The translations under genes were made by a program, and so were the position numbers. Source: Octopus vulgaris (lineage: Eukaryota). From it: DNA of 64,000 bases. The notes beneath the pieces were generated by a model. The model saw only the letters and a program-made list of their open reading frames with translations. It was not told where the DNA came from and ran no database searches. Shown in pieces: positions 54,305 through 64,000 of this stretch. Within the stretch, counting starts at the first letter, position 1. Each line of letters starts with the position of its first letter. The stretch covers positions 11,594,001 to 11,658,000 of the forward strand of contig OX597817.1 in assembly GCA_951406725.2 (NCBI GenBank), written 5' to 3'.

Positions 54305-55805
54305 AATGCCCTGATGCAGTACCAGGCACTGGCTCTCATGGCTTTTGATCTTAACTGAATGGAAGTGTTATCGTATACATGTTTTGTCTTGTTATAAAAA
54401 TTGGGCTACAACCAATATTCTGCTTAAAACCACAGATTTGCGTGTCAGTTGCTTGCCCTTAATCAGTTGAGCAGGTCCCTTGGTGGCTGACGATATGTGC
54501 ATCTCTGATCACGAGCAGAAATAGCGGAGGAGCATCATAGCCATGTGTTGAGAGGAATTCTTTGGGGTTTGAAAAATTCACCCATGGAAACATGGGTATT
54601 TTTTTAGACATCTTTTACAACCTTTGTTCAGGGACCTTTTGAGCTGGATAGGCTACCCGAACTGAAGGGAAGTCTAGTTGGGCGTCACCTACAAGGTCAT
54701 GTGCTGTTTATCAAGATATAAGGTCACCATGTCGTGCACATAGGGTTGTGATGCATGTGCCTGGTGTATCCTTGTCAAACGGGTAGTCATGATGGGTATA
54801 TTGGGCTTCGTATATTTTACCCCAGTGTCACTTTGACGACATGCGCTGCTCACTCATTCAGTAATAATAATAAAATTAAATAGTAAGAAACATCGAAACT
54901 CATACAGGTTGAAGTATAGATTGATAGTAAAAAAAGGTATATTTAATGAGCTGGAACAGTATTTCGTACGTATGTAAACTGTCATCATGTTGATATGCAG
55001 CCACCTAATTCAAAATGTAATCATAGCCAATGTTCGAATACACTTTGACACATGTTTGTTGTAATTACTGTTTGGCTGTTCGAGAGTAGAGTCATTTTTA
55101 ATAATAGGAAACACATGATAATGAATATCAAAGTGAATGTTTCTGATTTGTCCTGAATTGGAATGAGGGAATAATTAACAAATAATTGTGAACATTCTTT
55201 GTTGATTGGACTGGAATACCAAAGATGTTTACAAATAATGAAGTGGAGAAGGAGTGAGCTTATTAAGCTATGTGAACAGTGGGTAGCGAAATCTGTAAAG
55301 CCTTGAGGTTTCTATTGATTTCATAACCCACCGTCTTTATTTGTTACTAAACATTAATTACTATTAACTACATACTGGTTGTTTAAAGCCGAGAGTTCAG
55401 ATTAATAATTTCATATTGTCTTCATAATATGCTTTTCTGTTTGAAAATAACAGCGTACTTCGATGTGAAAACTTGTGATATCAAACTTTGCCGTTTTTGT
55501 TGTATATATTTATCTGTATTTCTTGAACTAATTTATTTATTTATTGAGCTGATTCAGCATCATGTGTGGAGATAGATTGTTTATTGTTGTAGTTTAGCTC
55601 CAGCTTGGCCCTAATTGACCAAATCTTTCATCAAAAGCATTCCAGTCTTAATCATCTCTCCTCTAAGTATGATGTACTCTTGATTGTATAATACGGTGTT
55701 TACTTCCTTTTTCCAAGAGAGTAGGGGTGAGATTTGAAGGACATCTAACTATTATAACCAGCAGGTAGAAAACACACAAAAGCACCTTCGATGGTTCCTA
55801 TAAGG

Positions 55806-56006
55806 CAGTGCTTTTCAAACTTTTTGCTGGAGCGGAACCCCAAGGAAACATTCCACTGGCTCGAGGAACCCCTGTGCAATAATTTAATAGTCTTATGCAC
55901 ACATATCTGCACAGGAGAATTAAAAATTGCTGCCGATTTTAGCAGTTTTGTAACTTCTTGCGGAACCCGTAGACTGTTCTGGCGGAACCCTGGTTGAAAA
56001 CCACTG
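55806..56006. mobile_element. hAT-family MITE
   Basis: TIRs cagtgcttttcaa/ttgaaaaccactg, subterminal gcggaaccc repeats, exact 8-bp TSD ctataagg on both sides. Confidence 0.9.
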
Positions 56007-56335
56007 CTATAAGGTATAATTACTAATGATCAAGCACTTCCAATAATTCAATGTTTCACAAAATTGGAGATGATATTGAATTCTGAGTTTCATCAAACGT
56101 AAGCTTAAATGGACAAGATTTCTAATGTAATCCCCAATACGAAGACAGTTTGAAATGGTGGAATAGGACGTAGTAAAGAGAATTTTATTACCTAAGTATT
56201 TATGTTTTATTAAATAATTAAATACCAAACATGTTAGTTTGATATTGATCATCATTGAAATATGCAATCACAAACACACACGAGCACACACGCATGTACA
56301 CACACACACGCATAAGTATATCTATCTATCTATTT

Positions 56336-56407
<72 letters not shown>

Positions 56408-56525
56408 ACTGTATCGTATACAGTATCAGTTTCACGTATGAGTTCAAATTAAGTCTTAATGTTCCGAATGTTTGTACTTCATCAGAAACAAAAGAATAGC
56501 ATGACGAGATGGAGAGAGAGAGAGA

Positions 56526-56582
<57 letters not shown>

Positions 56583-57468
56583 GTAGAGAAATAATACCTG
56601 TTGGTGAAGAAAAAAATATGATATAATTTATTAAATTGATTACACTAAATACGAAGTTCTGGGGAACGGTCGAAAAACGTGAAAACGACCGTCAAGAGAT
56701 TCCCTCTCACTTTTTTCCCCATACATCGATAGCATACAATGATTGCGTTTACCTTCTTACATCGCCCAAAGTAAGGCCTTATAATAATTAGATTACATTG
56801 AAAGTCAACCAGCAAAGTTTGCTTTAGAATTGTTGAGATGTATTGAGAGACACTGATAAGGAAATGGTTTTATTCTCAAACGCAGGATAAGGAAATAAAA
56901 TCCTTTCCTTGTCTGTATCTTTCAATGCATCTCCTCGCTTCTAAAGCAAACTTTGTTGACTTTTGACCAAAGTTGAATTTAACGTACAACAGCGTCTTAT
57001 AAAGCTAGATTTGTGTATCGTAAATTTGCAGACGAATTTGTCGTTCGGGCAGTTTAGCTTAATAGTAAAGCACTTGACGCATAATCACAGGGATGTGAGT
57101 TCGAGTCTTGTGGCTGGCTGCCGACAGATCTTTCTGCAAAATATGGATAGTTTATCCTGTGCATGCCATATCATTATCCTGCGTTTGAGAATAGAATTAT
57201 TTCCTTATCTTTTAATTATATTTATACATATGTACATACATGTATATGTATACATAGACATCTATATTCATATATACAAACACACTCGTATATACACACA
57301 CACACACACACCATCATTATTTACCCAATTTTCACTGGCAGAAACTCAAGTGACGAGACAATTTCAAAATGAAATTATACTTAATATCCATTTGAATGAC
57401 CCCTTATGTCATAATCAATTATATTAATTGTTACTCCTTGTTTTCTCACTTTTATATAATCTAGGTAT

Positions 57469-57611
57469 ACTCTTTTACCCTTTTACTTGTTTCAGTCATT
57501 TGACTGCGGCCATGCTGGAGCACCGCCTTTAATCGAGCAACTCGACCCCCGGGACTTATTCTTTGTAAGCCCAGTACTTATTATATCGGTCTCTTTTGCC
57601 GAACCGCTAAG
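57469..57611 (-). mobile_element. SINE-A 3' fragment (5'-truncated)
   Basis: Tail only. Confidence 0.85.
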
Positions 57612-58694
57612 TATCATGCATGTCTAAAAATTCCATCGAAGTTATTTGCTCAAAAGCTTTCAGAGATGGCGGGCAGAAAGGATTGAAAGTGGGTTGACGG
57701 ACTTCCACATTTGATAAAATTATGATAGTTTTAAACTTTAAAACATGTCAAACACCATGGCGATGATTGAATAGTTATTAAAGATACAAAAATCTTTTGT
57801 CCTCTCATTACCAAAGCAACAAGGGGTGCTTAAAGTTTCACTTTCACAAATATTAGAGAATCACTGTTTTATATTTGCTTTATAACATTACATCCACAAT
57901 TGCATTAATAAGTCAAGAATTTGAGCCAGATAATAACAAATGTCATTTCTTAGCGAGTTTGCTTAACATTTATTAGCTGCTAACTACAACATGAACAGAT
58001 AGAACACTCAATGGATGTGATGCAAATATCTCGCAAAACATGTTCTCTCAAATCTGTTAGAACTGGGATTCGTAAGATATAGGCATGACACAACAAATGA
58101 AATTTAGTGAATTGCACGCATAATTTATATTAATCCACACTCCTATTATAAGGAGCCAAATATATTTAGCTGATCATTTTGTTTCTATTTCAAATTATCA
58201 CTATATCTATCTCTATGCCTATTGTGAACTTTGGTTAAAATGCCTACTTCACAACTACATGATTACCGGTTCGATCTTCTTCGTGGCATCATTAGTAGAT
58301 GTTTTCAATGATAGCTTAGTGCTTACGAATACCTTTTGAGCTAAATTTGGTTCACCAAAACTGCTCGCATATTCATTATATACAAATATGCAAGCATCAC
58401 TAAATGCATATGAACTTTGCTTCGCATTCATTAAGTCCCCGTTTCAGTCCTACTACGTGGCAACTTGGTCAATCGCATTTATCATAGTCCCATGTCTATG
58501 GTAAATAGACACGGAACTATTTATCATAGACGTTTGTGAAAGCAGAAAACACTTTGTTTTATGAACAAATTTTGGGGAGGAATTTGTTTTGCATCGATTT
58601 ACAGACACTCCATTGCAACTTTCGTTTTCAAAAATATTGTGATTAGCTCGGTGGAAACCTGTAACCAGAAGCCCTTTCACCAATTGTGATATCA

Positions 58695-58737
<43 letters not shown>

Positions 58738-59245
58738 ATGAATAAATAAATAAATAAATATACGGTGACCCACACCAAATCATAAGTTTTAAAGAAACAT
58801 GATGGTAGATTAAGTAGATATTTAAGGAGTTCTTCATAGGAATTTATGGGAATTCTTGTTTGATATAGACAGTAATAGCAGTTTCTCCAAGTCTAAATTT
58901 TTATATAATGTATCTTAAGAGTTGTTTTTATTTTAATTTCTCACAACAGTTTGTATACTTATACGCATGCGTTCTAATCACAGTCTTAGAATTTCATAAG
59001 TAGATTCGGGTTTCATCTTGAACTATGTGACAAAGTTCATTTATCGGACTTTAGTACAATAGCAATTAAGTAGAGTCACTTAATAAACTTCAGAGAGTCT
59101 TTGTTTAAGTTTTGCTAACCCGCAAGTGAAAAATAATGTCGATACAATGTATATATGCAAGTAAGTATATACATGAATATGTGTGTGTGTTCTATAAAAT
59201 ATATATCTGTACATGCACACACATTCATATATATATATATATATG

Positions 59246-59358
<113 letters not shown>

Positions 59359-59777
59359 GTGTATGTATGCGTGTGTATTTATCCCCAACACACTTGAACC
59401 AAACTTCTCTCAATCTCGAGAAGAATCACACGTGCCATTCTATCTCAGCTTAACCAAACTTCCCCACCCTTTCATTCTTTTAAACTCTTAACACTCCGTC
59501 ATTCCAGTTCCCATTCCAGCTCGCTCGCCCGCCCCTCCTCCTCCTCCCTACATGAAATCGCCACCCAGCGCAACTTTCTCTGACACCGTCACAGCCGCCA
59601 CCCAACACATTTCATTTACCTCGTGCCTCCGATCCACATATTTTCCACCCCTCTCCGTTGTCTTCTTCGCTAGGTAAAGTGTTCACACATGGCACCTAGC
59701 TCTCTATTTATTTGCTCACATCTACTGTCCTTCTACGAACTTTCAGGGTAACAAAGAAAAAAAGGGAAACATAAAAG

Positions 59778-59856
<79 letters not shown>

Positions 59857-60242
59857 ATATATATATATATATATATGAAAGTTGTTCCAAACTGTCGGAA
59901 TCGGGGTCGTTGGTGTGTCTATGGGGTGCGCTTCAAACGTATAGAAATTGAACTCTTACTATCTCATTTGTTATGCTTTGCCAACCCTAGACAGAGCCCA
60001 CCCACTCCATTAACTTGAAAATTGCACCGATCAACTCTAGATTGCCTTCAAACGCCAACATTATTTTTTGTGAAGAATAGCGTCGTTGATAAATTTCTGC
60101 TGGATCAGCCAATAGATCACTGCAGCTGCGGTGACGGGAGCGACAAGGGAGCGACTATGTCGCTCAGGCGAAGCGGATACCACACAAGGTATATTTGCTC
60201 GAATTCAGTTGTTCTTAAGGATGTTTGATGTTTTATGTCTAC

Positions 60243-60644
60243 AGACGCAGGAGTGGCTGTGTGGTAAGTAGCTTGCTAACTAACCACATGGTTCTGGGTT
60301 CAGTCCCACTGCGTGACATCTTGGGCAAGTGTCTTCTGCTATAGCCCCGGGCCCACCAATGCCTTGTGAGTGGATTTGGTAGACGGAAACTGAAAGAAGC
60401 CTGTCGTATATATGTACATATATGTATATATGTGTATGTGTGTTTGTGTGTGTGTGTTTGTCCCCCTAGCATTTCTTGACAACCGATGCTGGTGTGTTTA
60501 TGTCCCCATCACTTAGCGGTTCGGCAAAAGAGACCGATAGAATAAGTACTGGGCTTACAAAGAATAAGTCCCGGGGTTGAGTTGCTCGACTAAAGGCGGT
60601 GCTCCAGCATGGCCACAGTCAAATGACTGAAACAAGTAAAAGAG
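60243..60644 (+). mobile_element. SINE-A, full length
   Basis: Complete element. Confidence 0.9.
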
Positions 60645-60861
60645 TAGACGTTATATACCACAGGCAAAGCCGTAAGTTTAAAGGATTTCGTTCCCCAATG
60701 ACGAGCTTCTAGGTTCGTTCCCACTCCGTCACAAATATATTGTGGACACATACACAGACACACACACATACACATACATCCTTACATACACACACACATA
60801 TATATTTGTATATACACATATGTATGCAGACACATTGGTTATATATGCGCTTGTGCGTGTG

Positions 60862-60898
<37 letters not shown>

Positions 60899-61063
60899 AT
60901 GTGTAACATATGGTATAATTATAAACAGGGCAAATTTTAGCCATTTCTCAGCAGATTGAAAAATGATGAACAACCTTAATCGATTTCCGAACCTTATTGG
61001 ATTCTTATCACACGCGTCCACATCATTTTGACAGTCTCCAGAGAAACAAGCAACCAAACTGTT

Positions 61064-61147
<84 letters not shown>

Positions 61148-61184
61148 GATATAAATAGATATGACCGGTATGTGTAGTTACCCA

Positions 61185-61243
61185 GGATCTGAAGAAAGTT
61201 GTAAAACTAAGCTCTTTAAGAACGTGAAAACCTAGGTAATCTC
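61185..61243 (+). ncRNA. Degenerate type-I hammerhead motif
   Basis: GAT-CTGAAGA-AAGTT...AACGT-GAAA(A)-CCTAGG-TA-ATC; palindromic stem III, one extra A, stem II mismatch; inside an about 100-bp segment flanked by (TA)n. Confidence 0.45.
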
Positions 61244-62164
61244 ATATATATACATGTATATAACCCTGTGCCTGAATTATCGAAAAGCTGGAATTTTTTC
61301 TAAAAAGTTTACGCAACTGAAATACATTTCTAAAGTAAAAAATAAGCATGATAAAAACTAATTAAAATAATCATCCGTAGGACAGAAATAAAAATTTCAA
61401 TGAATATTGACAGCGATTATAATCACTAACTTTCTAAGATTATAATTTCTTTGACATTTTATTTTCAGAGACGACGGTGTAAAGGTCTGAATAATTTTGT
61501 CTGCGTGAATTTGGCTTTGCTCTTTAAAAGAAATCACTGATCTCTTTTAGAGAAGTCATTTTCTAGAACCTTCTGGCAACAAATATTTGCCTTCTTACAT
61601 GAATATGAAGATTCAGATTGATATTGAAGTAAAATAATATTATATCGTGTTCATATCTAGAAATTCCTATAATTGCAATCGAAATTAGGTCACAGACTCA
61701 ACAAGTCGAGATCTATCTTTAAATAGAACTCATAACATCAAATGTAGCTTATTTCATTGTTAGACGTAAGAAATCAAATCTATAAGGAGGAAGAGATCAT
61801 GTGATATTCATGTCATTTTTAAAACAGTTGAAATAGAAAGTAAGTGTTTTAGTGTCGTAAGTAAAAAAATGCTTACGAACTTGAGCTGGAAACTGTTTCC
61901 TTGATACGGATAGAAGAGAACATACTCAGAACGGAACAGAACAAGGTTAGACGTAATTGATTTCGTGCAATGCATTTAAGAGTTAAAAGAATTTGATGTT
62001 GCCTGCACATATTGTCAAAATGTCTGGGGAGAAATGCACGAATAGGAAACAGGACATATGCCTAGTGTCTATATCTGCCGTTCGTGAGAAGTGAGCACTA
62101 GCCACGGTTCCATTTTCCAAATGATTCATCGTTTTTATAAACCTAGTGCTTATTAGTAACAGTT

Positions 62165-62777
62165 TATGTATGTATGTATATATGTATGTATGTATGTGTG
62201 TATGTATGTATGTATGTATGTATATTATGTATGTATGTATTATGTATGTATGTATGTATGTATGTATGTATGTATGTATGTATGTATGTATGTATTATGT
62301 ATGTATGTATGTATGTATGTATGTATGTATTATGTATGTATGTATGTATGTATGTATGTATCATGTATGTATGTATGTATTATGTATGTATGTATGTATT
62401 ATGTATGTATGTATGTATGTATGTGTGTATTATGCATGTATGTATGTATATATGTATGTATTATGTATGTATGTATGTATGTATGTGTGTATTATGCATG
62501 TATGTATGTATATATGTATGTATTATGTATGTACGTACGTATGTATGTATGTATTATGTATGTATGTATGTATGTATGTATTATGTATGTATGTATGTAT
62601 ATATGTATGTATGTATGTATTATGTATGTATGTATATATTATGTATGTATGTATGTAGGTATGTATGTATGTATGCATGTATTATGTATGTATGTATATA
62701 TTATGTATGTATGTATGTATGTATTATGTATGTATGTATGTATGCATTATGTATTATGTATTATGTATGTATGTATG

Positions 62778-62808
<31 letters not shown>

Positions 62809-62820
62809 GTATGTATGTAC
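62165..62820. repeat. Interrupted (TATG)n satellite
   Basis: Directly visible. Confidence 0.95.
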
Positions 62821-62999
62821 ATCTTTGAGATCGTCTACGATGTATATTGTTTCTGACGAGTGTAAATTAGTTCTTCCAATGAATTTAAAGGCGTCTTTAT
62901 TGGTACAGTGACCTTTGCTCTTTGAGTTTCTGTATTCAGTTCTTAAGATGTTTCCTCTTACGATGTGACAGCGACTTATCTATTTTCATACGTGGTAAC

Positions 63000-63063
<64 letters not shown>

Positions 63064-63247
63064 CAAACATACGAAGAATAGATGAGACATCCTCTACATG
63101 GTCGTTGGATTTGCTACAAATGGCGCCCAAATCAAATCGCCTCTTATCATCTTCAAAAAAGAACACGTCAGATAATGAAAACCTAAATATAGTATGCCTA
63201 GTAAAAGAAAGGATGATTACGAGTGTATTTCCTTTGATTGTAAATTT

Positions 63248-63460
63248 GGAGCTGGTAGAATCGTTAGCACGCCGGGCGAAGTGCTTAGTAGTATTTCGTC
63301 TGCCGTTACGTTCTGAGTTCAAATTCCGCCGAGGTCGACTTTGCCTTTCATCCTTTCGGGGGTCGATTAAATAAGTACCAGTTACGCACTGGGGTCAATA
63401 TAATTGACTTAATCCGTTTGTCCCCTCTGTGTTTAACCCCAGGTGGGTAGTAAAGAAATA
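63248..63460 (+). mobile_element. SINE-B, young copy
   Basis: gagctggtagaatcgttagcacgccgggcgaa...gagttcaaattccgccgaggtcgactttgcctttcatcctttcggg. Confidence 0.85.
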
Positions 63461-64000
63461 GTAAATTTGCTTGATCAGCACTTATTGACTAAACACTAGC
63501 ATAAGTTAATTTCACATACCGAATTATAGATAATAAATTTTATCTCCATAATAAAATTCAATAAAATATTTAAAAGCAAAAAAAAAAAGTATGAGTCATT
63601 AAAAATTCGTGACTCCACACATTTTCCTTTGCCTAGTCATAAAGCTGCGACCTTTAGGTTAAACGAGATGCTAAGATGGGACGTTGGTTTTGTTCTTGTT
63701 TCTTTTTGTTTTTATTTCTAACACATTAGGCACCAACGAAATGAAGTGTTGCCAACAACAAGCAATATTTAATACAAGTGAATGAAGAAATAGAACGTTT
63801 TGACGTAAATGTTTTATTCAAGAATATATTAAACCCAGTAATTAAAGTTAAGAAGATGTCAGCCGAGATTCAAAATTATGTCGCAGATTCTATTCTCCCT
63901 TGACCCACCTACTACTCTATAAAACTCGTCATAATTACTTTTATATCAGTAATAAATTCTAATTGTTTCAGAAAACTTGGTCAAGAAAACCTACTTTTTT

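Noticed and set aside
60990-61055. EGF-like peptide [17 protein letters not shown] on the minus strand
   Set aside because: Cys spacing is incomplete and there are no convincing splice sites; likely chance

Overview
AT-rich, microsatellite-saturated eukaryotic non-coding DNA. The repeat families (tRNA-headed SINEs with an internal (TA)n(TG)n tract, OR-like SINEs, mariners, small Helitrons) look like a coleoid cephalopod, most likely Octopus; that assignment is inference from repeat content. I found no credible host protein-coding exon, and almost all listed ORFs are translations of microsatellites or SINEs. The supportable content is about 18 SINE-A copies, about 7 SINE-B copies, 6 other tRNA-headed SINEs, decayed CR1/L2-group and RLE-type LINEs, three mariner remnants, a hAT MITE with an 8-bp TSD, three non-autonomous Helitrons and an 86-bp x5 tandem array. 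The most interesting signal is a set of type-I hammerhead ribozyme (HHR) motifs from several unrelated small elements sitting in or beside (TA)n tracts. The best of them, at 42734-43327, is a structured 365-bp circularly permuted unit with one HHR and a 133-bp-arm fold-back, i.e. a retrozyme or Penelope-pLTR-like element. All structures and alignments were read by eye, and element boundaries are approximate unless a TSD or terminus is quoted.
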